This document shows, in pieces, positions 10,705 through 22,378 of a stretch of DNA of 64,000 bases. The position numbers and the translations under genes are program-made. The notes beneath the pieces were generated by a model, which ran no database searches, was not told the origin of the DNA, and saw only the letters and a list, made by a program, of their open reading frames with translations. Numbering within the stretch: the first letter of the stretch is position 1; each line of letters starts with the position of its first letter. The DNA lies in sequence record NZ_CP012903.1; one strand, written 5' to 3'. Origin of the DNA: a plasmid.

Positions 10705-11889
10705 ATGCTCACCATGAATGTAAAAGCTATGCTCGCTGATTTCCTCACCTTTGTCACGCCAAAATCAATGCATAAAGCCCGATTTTCGGTTTTGCTAGAT
10801 GCGGTAACCGCCCTGGCAAAGGATGCGTGTTGCACCGTTACTGCGATTGGCCGGGCGATGCCTGGCTCTTCAGATAAGGTCAGTATCAAACGGGCAGATC
10901 GTCTACTCAATAATCCTAACCTGCAACGAGAGCTGCCATTGATTTATGCTGCGCTGACGGCTTCTATTGTTGGCCATAAAACTAAGCCGATGATTTTGGT
11001 TGACTGGAGCAATGCCGATACTGCCAAGCGACACTTTATCCTGCGTGCCAGCATTGCCGCTGACGGTAGAGCGTTGACTCTGCTACAGAAGATTGCCGCC
11101 GCAGAAGATTATACCTGCCCACACCTACACGGGGCGTTTTTAAAGCAGCTTAAAGCCATGCTACCCAAGGACTGTAAGCCCGTAATTGTCACTGACGCGG
11201 GGTTTAAAGTTCCATGGCTGAAACAAGTGCGTAAGCTGGGATGGCATTATGTAGCTAGAGTTCGAGGCAATGTGAAGCTTAAATTGGCAGAGCAGGACAA
11301 GTTTATCAGTGTTAATCAGCTTTATCGGCAAGCGAAGAAGGATCCAAAAAGTGTAGGAAAAATCATGCTTGCCCAAACACAACACTATGAAACGCAGGCC
11401 GTCCTGGTTGGCAAAGGTTATAAGCTATTGAAACGCGATAAAAATAAGACGTATAAGGAACCATGGTTGTTGGTGTCATCCTTAGCTGACTGCCATGGGT
11501 ATGCGGATAAAATTGCTAAGTGCTACAGTAGCCGAATGCAAATTGAAGAAAGCTTCCGTGATCAGAAAAGTCACCGCTATGGCCTGGGTAGCGATTTGCA
11601 TGGTACCAAGAAGAAATCTCGCTTAGAGATACTGCTACTACTGGCCGCATTGGTTAATTGGTTTCATTACCTGCTAGGTAGCGCAGCGGAGAAAGCGGGT
11701 TTGCACCTGCGTTATCAAGCTAACACCGTTAAAAATAGGCGGGTATTGGCCCTGAATTTCCTTGGGATATTACTTTGCAAAGAACCCAAACAGCGAATAC
11801 GCAGGCAATATTATCAGCAGGGACTTAAACAAATACTACAGTGGGTGGTTCAGTGGGACTGGGCAGTAATCAAACAGGCTGATAGCTGA
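10705..11889 (+). CDS. IS4-family transposase (ISEc29-like, tnpD)
   Basis: 394-aa DDE transposase between armA and msr(E). Confidence 0.8.
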   Translation: MLTMNVKAMLADFLTFVTPKSMHKARFSVLLDAVTALAKDACCTVTAIGRAMPGSSDKVSIKRADRLLNNPNLQRELPLIYAALTASIVGHKTKPMILVDWSNADTAKRHFILRASIAADGRALTLLQKIAAAEDYTCPHLHGAFLKQLKAMLPKDCKPVIVTDAGFKVPWLKQVRKLGWHYVARVRGNVKLKLAEQDKFISVNQLYRQAKKDPKSVGKIMLAQTQHYETQAVLVGKGYKLLKRDKNKTYKEPWLLVSSLADCHGYADKIAKCYSSRMQIEESFRDQKSHRYGLGSDLHGTKKKSRLEILLLLAALVNWFHYLLGSAAEKAGLHLRYQANTVKNRRVLALNFLGILLCKEPKQRIRRQYYQQGLKQILQWVVQWDWAVIKQADS

Positions 11890-12287
11890 TTGTATGAATG
11901 GAAATTTTGTGGGGATCCCTCAGGTTGTCTAGACTTCTTTTAACAGTAAAGTTATCATAAAACTGAATTTTATTTTTTAGGTAAGTTTATGCATTCTATC
12001 CGCATTCGTTAAGACACAACTATTTGCATAGTGACACTATTTTATAATGGTGGGCTTTTGTTGTGTCTTTAAGAATATATGCGGATATATAAAGTAAAAG
12101 TATGCTTAATTTATAAGTATGCTTTTAGTGCATAGTTTCCAGTTATAACTTAATTGACTAGCTATTTGTCCACCCTGTGGATGAATAGCTTTTTTTTTGG
12201 GAGGACACTGTGATGCTAGCTTTTGTTTTCACCTAAATCCTGTTTGCTGCATAAAAAATTTCAAGAGCTAAACAGGAGTAAATAAAA

Positions 12288-13763
12288 ATGAGTTTAATTA
12301 TTAAAGCGAGAAACATACGCTTGGATTATGCTGGGCGTGATGTTTTGGATATTGATGAATTGGAAATTCACTCTTATGACCGTATTGGTCTTGTGGGTGA
12401 TAACGGAGCAGGAAAGAGTAGTTTACTCAAAGTACTTAATGGCGAAATTGTTTTAGCCGAAGCGACATTACAGCGTTTTGGTGATTTTGCACATATCAGC
12501 CAACTGGGCGGAATCGAAATAGAAACGGTCGAAGACCGGGCAATGTTATCTCGCCTTGGTGTTTCCAATGTACAAAACGACACAATGAGTGGCGGAGAGG
12601 AAACTCGTGCAAAAATTGCTGCCGCATTTTCCCAACAAGTACATGGCATTCTAGCGGATGAACCAACCAGCCACCTTGATCTCAATGGAATAGATCTACT
12701 TATTGGTCAACTTAAAGCATTTGATGGAGCATTACTTGTTATCAGTCATGACCGATATTTTCTTGATATGGTTGTAGACAAGATATGGGAGTTAAAAGAC
12801 GGTAAAATTACGGAATATTGGGGTGGTTACTCGGATTACTTGCGTCAAAAAGAAGAAGAGCGACAACACCAAGCCGTAGAATATGAGCTGATGATGAAGG
12901 AACGGGAGCGATTAGAATCTGCTGTGCAAGAAAAACGCCAGCAAGCTAATCGATTAGACAATAAGAAAAAAGGAGAAAAATCCAAAAACTCTACCGAAAG
13001 TGCTGGACGACTTGGGCATGCAAAAATGACTGGCACCAAGCAAAGAAAACTGTATCAGGCAGCTAAGAGTATGGAAAAGCGTTTGGCTGCATTAGAAGAT
13101 ATTCAAGCACCAGAGCATTTGCGTTCTATTCGTTTTCGTCAAAGTTCAGCCCTAGAACTGCACAATAAGTTCCCGATTACGGCAGATGGTCTGAGCTTAA
13201 AATTTGGTAGCCGTACTATCTTTGATGACGCTAACTTTATAATACCGCTTGGCGCTAAAGTCGCTATAACTGGATCGAATGGAACAGGGAAAACGTCCTT
13301 GTTAAAAATGATATCAGAACGTGCTGATGGATTAACCATATCTCCAAAAGCTGAAATTGGCTACTTTACACAAACAGGATATAAATTTAACACGCATAAA
13401 TCTGTGCTCTCCTTTATGCAGGAAGAGTGCGAGTACACAGTTGCGGAAATTCGTGCAGTATTGGCTTCAATGGGGATCGGAGCGAATGATATTCAAAAAA
13501 ACTTATCCGACTTATCGGGAGGTGAAATCATCAAACTGCTTTTATCCAAAATGCTTTTAGGAAAATATAATATTTTGCTTATGGATGAACCAGGAAACTA
13601 TCTTGACCTAAAAAGTATTGCCGCATTAGAAACAATGATGAAGTCCTATGCAGGAACTATTATCTTCGTATCTCATGACAAGCAATTGGTCGATAATATT
13701 GCTGACATTATCTACGAGATCAAAGACCACAAAATCATCAAGACTTTTGAGAGAGATTGTTAA
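12288..13763 (+). CDS. msr(E): ABC-F ribosomal protection protein Msr(E) (macrolide resistance)
   Basis: 491-aa protein with two ABC domains, [48 protein letters not shown]... Confidence 0.95.
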   Translation: MSLIIKARNIRLDYAGRDVLDIDELEIHSYDRIGLVGDNGAGKSSLLKVLNGEIVLAEATLQRFGDFAHISQLGGIEIETVEDRAMLSRLGVSNVQNDTMSGGEETRAKIAAAFSQQVHGILADEPTSHLDLNGIDLLIGQLKAFDGALLVISHDRYFLDMVVDKIWELKDGKITEYWGGYSDYLRQKEEERQHQAVEYELMMKERERLESAVQEKRQQANRLDNKKKGEKSKNSTESAGRLGHAKMTGTKQRKLYQAAKSMEKRLAALEDIQAPEHLRSIRFRQSSALELHNKFPITADGLSLKFGSRTIFDDANFIIPLGAKVAITGSNGTGKTSLLKMISERADGLTISPKAEIGYFTQTGYKFNTHKSVLSFMQEECEYTVAEIRAVLASMGIGANDIQKNLSDLSGGEIIKLLLSKMLLGKYNILLMDEPGNYLDLKSIAALETMMKSYAGTIIFVSHDKQLVDNIADIIYEIKDHKIIKTFERDC

Positions 13764-13818
13764 TGATAGCCAATCTAATCCGAACATTAATTATTGAACT
13801 CTTTAAAGGAAATTAAAA

Positions 13819-14703
13819 ATGACAATTCAAGATATTCAATCACTTGCTGAAGCACACGGCTTGTTGCTTACGGACAAAATGAATTTCAATGAAATGGGCA
13901 TTGATTTTAAGGTCGTTTTTGCTCTTGATACAAAGGGGCAACAATGGTTGCTGCGTATTCCTCGTCGTGATGGCATGAGGGAACAAATCAAGAAAGAAAA
14001 ACGCATTTTAGAATTGGTAAAAAAACATCTTTCTGTAGAGGTTCCTGATTGGAGAATTTCATCTACAGAATTAGTGGCTTATCCCATACTTAAAGATAAT
14101 CCTGTTTTAAATTTGGATGCTGAAACCTATGAAATAATTTGGAATATGGACAAAGATAGCCCGAAATACATAACATCTTTGGCAAAAACCTTATTTGAAA
14201 TCCATAGTATTCCTGAAAAAGAAGTTCGGGAAAATGATTTGAAAATTATGAAACCTTCAGATTTAAGACCTGAAATAGCAAACAATTTGCAGTTAGTAAA
14301 ATCTGAAATTGGTATAAGTGAGCAATTGGAAACCCGCTACAGAAAATGGTTGGATAATGATGTTCTATGGGCAGATTTCACCCAATTTATACATGGCGAT
14401 TTATATGCTGGGCATGTACTAGCTTCAAAGGATGGAGCTGTTTCAGGCGTTATTGATTGGTCAACAGCCCATATAGATGACCCAGCGATTGATTTTGCTG
14501 GGCATGTAACTTTGTTTGGAGAAGAAAGCCTCAAAACTCTAATCATCGAGTATGAAAAACTAGGGGGTAAAGTTTGGAATAAACTATATGAACAGACTTT
14601 AGAAAGAGCAGCGGCCTCTCCTTTGATGTATGGTTTATTTGCCTTAGAAACTCAAAATGAAAGCCTTATCGTTGGAGCAAAAGCTCAGTTGGGAGTTATA
14701 TAA
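13819..14703 (+). CDS. mph(E): macrolide 2'-phosphotransferase Mph(E)
   Basis: 294-aa MTIQDIQSLAEAHGLLLTDKMNFNEMGIDFKVVFALDTKGQQWLLRIP... Confidence 0.95.
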   Translation: MTIQDIQSLAEAHGLLLTDKMNFNEMGIDFKVVFALDTKGQQWLLRIPRRDGMREQIKKEKRILELVKKHLSVEVPDWRISSTELVAYPILKDNPVLNLDAETYEIIWNMDKDSPKYITSLAKTLFEIHSIPEKEVRENDLKIMKPSDLRPEIANNLQLVKSEIGISEQLETRYRKWLDNDVLWADFTQFIHGDLYAGHVLASKDGAVSGVIDWSTAHIDDPAIDFAGHVTLFGEESLKTLIIEYEKLGGKVWNKLYEQTLERAAASPLMYGLFALETQNESLIVGAKAQLGVI

Positions 14704-14944
14704 TTTAAAAATATGATTGCTGAGAACTGCCTTGTTTTGAAACTTGGTTGGCTTTAATTAGTTTTTAGTATTCTTTATAGAAAATGCCTCGATCAAGGGG
14801 CATTTCTAACAATCATTTAACATAAAATTTCTTATACGAAATGCTTGTGTAATGGCTCAATAGTAATGTCCGCCTGTGGCTCAATTCAGATGTCCGCGCT
14901 ATGGTAAGCTTCACTGGTCCGTTTAAACTACCGGGAGGCATATC

Positions 14945-16349
14945 ATGAGCGCAGAAAGCTCAGGAGTGTTTACTTTGAAAGAGATCAACCGGATCAAGAT
15001 TATACAGGACGTCATTGAACGTCGCATCACAACGCGCCGTGCGGCCGAGCACCTCGGTATCAGCGACAGGCAATGCCGCAGACTTCTTGCCCGTTACCGT
15101 GAAGGGGGACCGCTTGGTATGGCCAGCAGACGATGTGGCATGCGTGGTAACCGCCAGTTGCCACCCGGGCTCGCAGATCAGGCTCTGGAACTGATCAAGA
15201 CGCGTTATGCTGATTTCGGTCCGACTCTGGCGCGTGAAAAGCTCGAAGAACTCCACGGACTGTTTCTTGGCAAAGAAACTGTCCGGCGCATCATGGTGCG
15301 GGCTGGCTTATGGGTTCCCCGTAAACAACGTGCCGCAAGGATCCCTCAACCACGGTACCGGCGTCCGTGTACTGGTGAGCTGATACAAATAGATGGCTGT
15401 GATCACGACTGGTTTGAAGGCCGTGGCCCGGCCTGCACCGCGCTGGTCTATGTTGATGATGCAACCAGCAAACTGATGGAACTGTTGTTTGTTAAATCGG
15501 AGTCCACGTTTTCTTACTTCGAAGCCACGCGGCGCTATATCGATAAGCATGGTAAACCGCTGGCACTGTACAGCGATAAAGCCGGTGTTTTTCGTGTTAA
15601 CAATAAACACGCCACAGGCGGAGACGGGCATACTCAGTTTGGGCGAGCCATGCATGAACTGAACATCCAGACTATCTGTGCAGAAACCAGTCCCGCCAAA
15701 GGGCGTGTAGAACGAGCTCACCTCACTTTACAGGATCGTCTGGTCAAAGAGCTGCGGTTACAGGGCATTTGTTCAATGGAGGCTGCAAATGACTTCGCTG
15801 AGGCCTATATGGCTGACTATAACCGCCGTTTTGGCAAAGTACCGCGACATGATTTTGACGTACACCGTGCTGTAGAACATGATGAGGACCTGGGGCTTAT
15901 TTTCACTGTTCGTGAAAAAACGTAAAGTCTCAAAATCGTTGACGATACAATATGATAAAATGTTGTACCTGATTGAAGACAGCGAACTGAGTCGCCGTGC
16001 AATAGGTAAATATATCGATGTGTATCACTATCCTGATGGCAGAAAAGAGCTGCGCCTGAACGGTACGCTACTTCCCTACTCTACCTACGACCGACTGTCA
16101 GAAATCGACCAGGGCGCGATTGTCGATAACAAGCGTCTTGGCCGAACCCTGGAGTTTATCAGTCTGGTGCAGAGCAAGCGGGATAACACGCGCTCTCAGT
16201 CAATTCCCGCTGGAGATGGCCCTTCCCGACGACGGCCAAAGCAGGAAGGGAAGAAATCCCAGCGCTCACTGGATAATGATGACATGCTCGAAGCACTCAA
16301 ACAGCTTCAGTCACGTTCAGAGGACATTTTTGGTAAAAGAGCCCGCTGA
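14945..16349 (+). pseudogene. DDE transposase (ISNCY/IS481-like, HTH plus integrase core) split by a frameshift into 326-aa and 156-aa ORFs
   Basis: The two ORFs overlap at 15879-15925 in different frames and together give an HTH + DDE integrase-like transposase of about 470 aa. Confidence 0.55.
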
Positions 16350-16377
16350 TGGTACTCACTGGCCGGACAGTGGTTGC

Positions 16378-17022
16378 TCACCAGTTGATATTGTCCGGCC
16401 AGACCCATGATGTATTATTCATTTCGTTCAGCATCTTTATGTCCTGCTTTTCACGGGCATACTTACCCCATAATGAATGAAAAGAACGAACAATACTGAT
16501 TAACTGCTTTTTTCTTTGCTCCGGAGATAAGCTGATAAAATAGCAGCACCTGCTGTCAATATTATCCTCTATGAAATTAAAATCAGAGTCTGATGCATAT
16601 TTTACTGTTAGCATAATATCATTCGACGTTGTTCTCTCAGACTCTGTTAATGCTGATTCTATCAGGTATTCAAAGGCATACATGACAGACAACTGGTTTT
16701 TGTCTGTCTGAATATAACCCATTGAGTTTCTGAGTATTGAGGACTGTACCAGGACCAGAGGCCATAAAAGCTCAACACCATAAAGCTTATATGTATCATG
16801 TTGATCATACTGATGTTGCTCAACACGACGATTACCTTCCCGTGCTTTACGAATATCATAGGCAAGGGATAACATAAATCCGTCTTTAACTTTAATCAGT
16901 GGGCTTTCATCCACGATGTAATGAATGAGTTCATGTAATTCATTCAGGGCTTCTGAATCTCCCCACAGTATAAAACCTGCATTGTTCGGCGTTAACTCGT
17001 ATCGAAGCATGGGCTCAATCAT
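16378..17022 (-). CDS. hypothetical protein (214 aa)
   Basis: Long ORF in a lower-GC Acinetobacter-like segment; no recognisable motif. Confidence 0.45.
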   Translation of the reverse strand: MIEPMLRYELTPNNAGFILWGDSEALNELHELIHYIVDESPLIKVKDGFMLSLAYDIRKAREGNRRVEQHQYDQHDTYKLYGVELLWPLVLVQSSILRNSMGYIQTDKNQLSVMYAFEYLIESALTESERTTSNDIMLTVKYASDSDFNFIEDNIDSRCCYFISLSPEQRKKQLISIVRSFHSLWGKYAREKQDIKMLNEMNNTSWVWPDNINW

Positions 17023-17345
17023 CCTGTTGTTTCAGTCGGAGGAAAGTCTATCAGTAAAGAGAATGAGAGATCAAAGTGGACATTTTAATTGAGCCGGATA
17101 ACGGACATTTCAATTGAGCTTTGACAGCTTGATATTTCTCTTTAAATATCATTATATTAACGTAAGCCGTTCTGGAGTATAGGGCACCAGAACGGCTTTT
17201 TATTGATTATTCATGTTCCACGATCACTAATTGAGCGATGTTCCACGGTTTTATTCAGTTTTAATAAACATCATCCGGTTTTTTGAGGAGTCATTATTTC
17301 AAGTGCTTGCACTGAAATTGGCTCTTCAAAAAACTGGAGTCTTGG

Positions 17346-17888
17346 CTAACCATATGGAAGGAAAAAGCGGCTTAGGAAGCCTCTCTTCTTCTGTTCTGGT
17401 TCAACATGCTCCGGGATAGGAATACGCTTATTGTCTTGCTGAGGAGTAGTCAATTCGTCATAGTTCGTTGCTAGTTCCGACCGAGGATCCGTTGCTATAT
17501 CCTGTTTAAAGCTCTGATCGGTAAAGGTAGTCATATTGGCTTTTGGTGCTTCTAGTAAGCGCTGCATAGCTTCAATCTGTTCTTGATAAAACGATTCACG
17601 TTCTAAAGATTGATTTTCTCTCTGTATTGCCTGATTTAATTGTTTTTCCAGTATGTCAACTTGACGTTTTAGTAAGTCAACTTCTGTCAAGTTTTGACTG
17701 TTAATTGATTGACTTTGATTGACTGTATCCTCTTTTTTTTGTGGTTCCCCAAAAACTCTTAGGGCCTCTGAAAAGTCAATTAATCCATCAGATCCTTTAG
17801 ATAAATTTCCTTTGTTTATATGTGCATATATGGCTTGTCTTGAATATCCATAAAGCTTAGCTAACTCTGAAACTGACAGTTTTTTCAT
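17346..17888 (-). CDS. HTH DNA-binding protein (180 aa) downstream of rep
   Basis: N-terminal LSVSELAKLYGYSRQAIYAHINKGNL helix-turn-helix followed by a coiled-coil region. Confidence 0.5.
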   Translation of the reverse strand: MKKLSVSELAKLYGYSRQAIYAHINKGNLSKGSDGLIDFSEALRVFGEPQKKEDTVNQSQSINSQNLTEVDLLKRQVDILEKQLNQAIQRENQSLERESFYQEQIEAMQRLLEAPKANMTTFTDQSFKQDIATDPRSELATNYDELTTPQQDNKRIPIPEHVEPEQKKRGFLSRFFLPYG

Positions 17889-17954
17889 TATGTAAACCAG
17901 TTTTCAACTTGTGTTAATACCTGACTGTTAACTTAACAATTTCAATTAACAATG

Positions 17955-18709
17955 TCATTGAAATCCTAATTTTCTGAGTAAAGGAAGTAATTCCTTAAAT
18001 TTCTCTGCATCTTGCAGCATGGCAGCTATACGTACAGCAAACTGCTGATAGCTTTCTGTGCCTTGTGAATATTTACTCATCTCAGGAAGCTCTGAGAGCT
18101 TGTTGGCGAATAGATGGCGTTGTTTATCTGTTATTTTTGAAAAGAGGTCTAATGTATTCGGATCTCTTTTAGATTCGACTGAATGCGTGGCTGATTTTTT
18201 CTGTTTAAAGCTAAATGAAAAACCAGTAATAGATCTACCTGTTTTATGCTGTTCAACTTTGACAATAATATCGGTATGTTCATTTACTTGTTTTAATGCA
18301 ATGTCTAAAACATATTTTTTAAAATCATACATTCGTTTGTATTCAGTCTCGAGTACACCTATTTTTTGTCTAAAATCATACATAGTTATGAGAGGCGTTT
18401 TTCCAGTACTACGCCATGCAATCAATATTTCATATAAACGAACAGCATAAGCACTTGTTAAATTACTTATTTGTTGTATTTCATACTTTGTAAATTGTTC
18501 TTCTAACCTAGTAATTAAAGGCACAATAGCAGGGGCAAAAATAAGTCTAACGACAGCTTCATTATCAATATAAGCCACCTCGCTCACCCATCTTGATTTG
18601 TGATTAATAGTGTTACCTTTTTCACTAAGACTCTGATAACTGAATTGTCTTGCAAACAAGTCATCGCAAGCATCTTTTAACGCCTGATAAGCCGTATTTC
18701 GATGTACAC
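17955..18709 (-). pseudogene. rep: Rep_3-family replication initiator (RepAciN-like), N-terminally truncated by IS26
   Basis: The 275-aa ORF begins inside the IS26 IR; the remainder resembles Rep_3 initiators of Acinetobacter plasmids. Confidence 0.7.
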
Positions 18710-19529
18710 GGCACTGTTGCAAATAGTCGGTGGTGATAAACTTATCATCCCCTTTTGCTGATGGAGCTGCACATGAACCCATTCAAAGGCCGGCATTTTC
18801 AGCGTGACATCATTCTGTGGGCCGTACGCTGGTACTGCAAATACGGCATCAGTTACCGTGAGCTGCAGGAGATGCTGGCTGAACGCGGAGTGAATGTCGA
18901 TCACTCCACGATTTACCGCTGGGTTCAGCGTTATGCGCCTGAAATGGAAAAACGGCTGCGCTGGTACTGGCGTAACCCTTCCGATCTTTGCCCGTGGCAC
19001 ATGGATGAAACCTACGTGAAGGTCAATGGCCGCTGGGCGTATCTGTACCGGGCCGTCGACAGCCGGGGCCGCACTGTCGATTTTTATCTCTCCTCCCGTC
19101 GTAACAGCAAAGCTGCATACCGGTTTCTGGGTAAAATCCTCAACAACGTGAAGAAGTGGCAGATCCCGCGATTCATCAACACGGATAAAGCGCCCGCCTA
19201 TGGTCGCGCGCTTGCTCTGCTCAAACGCGAAGGCCGGTGCCCGTCTGACGTTGAACACCGACAGATTAAGTACCGGAACAACGTGATTGAATGCGATCAT
19301 GGCAAACTGAAACGGATAATCAACGCCACGCTGGGATTTAAATCCATGAAGACGGCTTACGCCACCATCAAAGGTATTGAGGTGATGCGTGCACTACGCA
19401 AAGGCCAGGCCTCAGCATTTTATTATGGTGATCCCCTGGGCGAAATGCGCCTGGTAAGCAGAGTTTTTGAAATGTAAGGCCTTTGAATAAGACAAAAGGC
19501 TGCCTCATCGCTAACTTTGCAACAGTGCC
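18710..19529 (+). mobile_element. IS26: IS26 copy 2 (820 bp), variant encoding Tnp26 G184N (GGC to AAC)
   Basis: Terminal IRs at 18710 and 19516-19529; the Tnp ORF reads KRIINATLGF where copies 1 and 3 read KRIIGATLGF. Confidence 0.95.
18755..19477 (+). CDS. tnp26: Tnp26 transposase, G184N variant
   Basis: Identical to copy 1 except Gly184Asn (two adjacent nucleotide changes). Confidence 0.9.
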   Translation: MLMELHMNPFKGRHFQRDIILWAVRWYCKYGISYRELQEMLAERGVNVDHSTIYRWVQRYAPEMEKRLRWYWRNPSDLCPWHMDETYVKVNGRWAYLYRAVDSRGRTVDFYLSSRRNSKAAYRFLGKILNNVKKWQIPRFINTDKAPAYGRALALLKREGRCPSDVEHRQIKYRNNVIECDHGKLKRIINATLGFKSMKTAYATIKGIEVMRALRKGQASAFYYGDPLGEMRLVSRVFEM

Positions 19530-21737
19530 TTCAATATTGCCAGGATGTCACCGCAGAAAAGGATGGCGGTTCTGGTTGCCTTTGTCCTTGCATGGGAAAC
19601 GCTGGCGCTGGATGATGCATTGGACGTTCTGGACGCCATGCTGGCCGTTATCATCCGTGACGCCAGAAAGATTGGGCAGAAAAAACGGCTCCGCTCGCTG
19701 AAGGATCTGGATAAATCTGCATTGGCGCTCGCCAGCGCATGTTCGTACCTGCTGAAAGAAGAAACACCGGACGAATCGATTCGTGCTGAGGTGTTCAGCT
19801 ACATCCCAAGGCAAAAGCTGGCTGAAATCATCACGCTTGTCCGTGAAATTGCCCGGCCCTCAGACGATAATTTTCATGAAGAAATGGTGGAGCAGTACGG
19901 GCGCGTTCGTCGTTTCCTGCCCCATCTGCTGAATACCGTTAAATTTTCATCCGCACCTGCCGGGGTTACCACTCTGAATGCCTGTGACTACCTCAGCCGG
20001 GAGTTCAGCTCACGGCGGCAGTTTTTTGACGACGCACCAACGGAAATTATCAGTCGGTCATGGAAACGGCTGGTGATTAACAAGGAAAAACATATCACCC
20101 GCAGGGGATACACGCTCTGCTTTCTCAGTAAACTGCAGGATAGTCTGAGGCGGAGGGATGTCTACGTTACCGGCAGTAACCGGTGGGGAGATCCTCGTGC
20201 AAGATTACTACAGGGTGCTGACTGGCAGGCAAACCGGATTAAGGTTTATCGTTCTTTGGGGCACCCGACAGACCCGCAGGAAGCAATAAAATCTCTGGGT
20301 CATCAGCTTGATAGTCGTTACAGACAGGTTGCTGCACGTCTTTGCGAAAATGAGGCTGTCGAACTCGATGTTTCTGGCCCGAAGCCCCGGTTGACAATTT
20401 CTCCCCTCGCCAGTCTTGATGAGCCGGACAGTCTGAAACGACTGAGCAAAATGATCAGTGATCTACTCCCTCCGGTGGATTTAACGGAGTTGCTGCTCGA
20501 AATTAACGCCCATACCGGATTTGCTGATGAGTTTTTCCATGCTAGTGAAGCCAGTGCCAGAGTTGATGATCTGCCCGTCAGCATCAGCGCCGTGCTGATG
20601 GCTGAAGCCTGCAATATCGGTCTGGAACCACTGATCAGATCAAATGTTCCTGCACTGACCCGACACCGGCTGAACTGGACAAAAGCGAACTATCTGCGGG
20701 CTGAAACTATCACCAGCGCTAATGCCAGACTGGTTGATTTTCAGGCAACGCTGCCACTGGCACAGATATGGGGTGGAGGAGAAGTGGCATCTGCAGATGG
20801 AATGCGCTTTGTTACGCCAGTCAGAACAATCAATGCCGGACCGAACCGCAAATACTTTGGTAATAACAGAGGGATCACCTGGTACAACTTTGTGTCCGAT
20901 CAGTATTCCGGCTTTCATGGCATCGTTATACCGGGGACGCTGAGGGACTCTATCTTTGTGCTGGAAGGTCTTCTGGAACAGGAGACCGGGCTGAATCCAA
21001 CCGAAATTATGACCGATACAGCAGGTGCCAGCGAACTTGTCTTTGGCCTTTTCTGGCTGCTGGGATACCAGTTTTCTCCACGCCTGGCTGATGCCGGTGC
21101 TTCGGTTTTCTGGCGAATGGACCATGATGCCGACTATGGCGTGCTGAATGATATTGCCAGAGGGCAATCAGATCCCCGAAAAATAGTCCTTCAGTGGGAC
21201 GAAATGATCCGGACCGCTGGCTCCCTGAAGCTGGGCAAAGTACAGGTTTCAGTGCTGGTCCGTTCATTGCTGAAAAGTGAACGTCCTTCCGGACTGACTC
21301 AGGCAATCATTGAAGTGGGGCGCATCAACAAAACGCTGTATCTGCTTAATTATATTGATGATGAAGATTACCGCCGGCGCATTCTGACCCAGCTTAATCG
21401 GGGAGAAAGTCGCCATGCCGTTGCCAGAGCCATCTGTCACGGTCAAAAAGGTGAGATAAGAAAACGATATACCGACGGTCAGGAAGATCAACTGGGCACA
21501 CTGGGGCTGGTCACTAACGCCGTCGTGTTATGGAACACTATTTATATGCAGGCAGCCCTGGATCATCTCCGGGCGCAGGGTGAAACACTGAATGATGAAG
21601 ATATCGCACGCCTCTCCCCGCTTTGCCACGGACATATCAATATGCTCGGCCATTATTCCTTCACGCTGGCAGAACTGGTGACCAAAGGACATCTGAGACC
21701 ATTAAAAGAGGCGTCAGAGGCAGAAAACGTTGCTTAA
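19530..21737 (+). pseudogene. tnpA: Tn3/Tn2 tnpA 3' fragment (C-terminal 730 codons), truncated by IS26
   Basis: Translation matches the Tn3 TnpA C-terminus (MSPQKRMAVLVAFVLAWETLALDD ... EASEAENVA) and ends in the Tn3 IR. Confidence 0.9.
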
Positions 21738-21770
21738 CGTGAGTTTTCGTTCCACTGAGCGTCAGACCCC
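21733..21770. repeat. 38-bp terminal IR of Tn3/Tn2
   Basis: CTTAACGTGAGTTTTCGTTCCACTGAGCGTCAGACCCC. Confidence 0.85.
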
Positions 21771-21860
21771 TACTAGCGGCCCCAGGCAGCAGGTCGATGC
21801 AAGAATGGCGGCCAGCCCGCCGGCGAAGAGCGCACCGCGCCCGTTTTGTGGTTCAGACAT
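21771..21860 (-). pseudogene. merT: merT 5' fragment (first 30 codons), truncated by the Tn2 end
   Basis: Minus strand encodes [30 protein letters not shown]... Confidence 0.75.
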
Positions 21861-21903
21861 ACGTTGGCCCTTTTGAATTTGGATTGGATAGCGTAACCTT
21901 ACT

Positions 21904-21921
21904 TCCGTACTCATGTACGGA
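21904..21921. promoter_or_regulatory. merO: mer operator dyad (MerR binding site) within the divergent merR/merT promoter region
   Basis: TCCGTACTCATGTACGGA palindrome between the merT fragment and merR. Confidence 0.7.
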
Positions 21922-21931
21922 GTCAAGCGAT

Positions 21932-22366
21932 ATGGAAAATAATTTGGAAAACCTGACCATTGGCGTTTTTGCCAAGGCGGCCGGGGTCAACGTGGAGACA
22001 ATCCGCTTCTATCAGCGCAAGGGCCTGTTGCGGGAACCGGACAAGCCTTACGGCAGCATCCGCCGCTATGGGGAGGCGGACGTGGTTCGGGTGAAATTCG
22101 TGAAATCGGCACAGCGGCTGGGGTTCAGTCTGGACGAGATTGCCGAGCTGTTGCGGCTCGACGATGGCACCCACTGCGAGGAGGCCAGCAGCCTGGCCGA
22201 ACACAAGCTCAAGGACGTGCGCGAGAAGATGGCCGACTTGGCGCGCATGGAAACCGTGCTGTCTGAACTCGTGTGCGCCTGCCATGCACGAAAGGGGAAT
22301 GTTTCCTGCCCGTTGATCGCGTCACTACAGGGCGAAGCAGGCCTGGCAAGGTCAGCTATGCCTTAG
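21932..22366 (+). CDS. merR: MerR mercury-responsive regulator (Tn21-type, 144 aa)
   Basis: [51 protein letters not shown]... Confidence 0.9.
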
Positions 22367-22378
22367 CGTGCTTTATTT

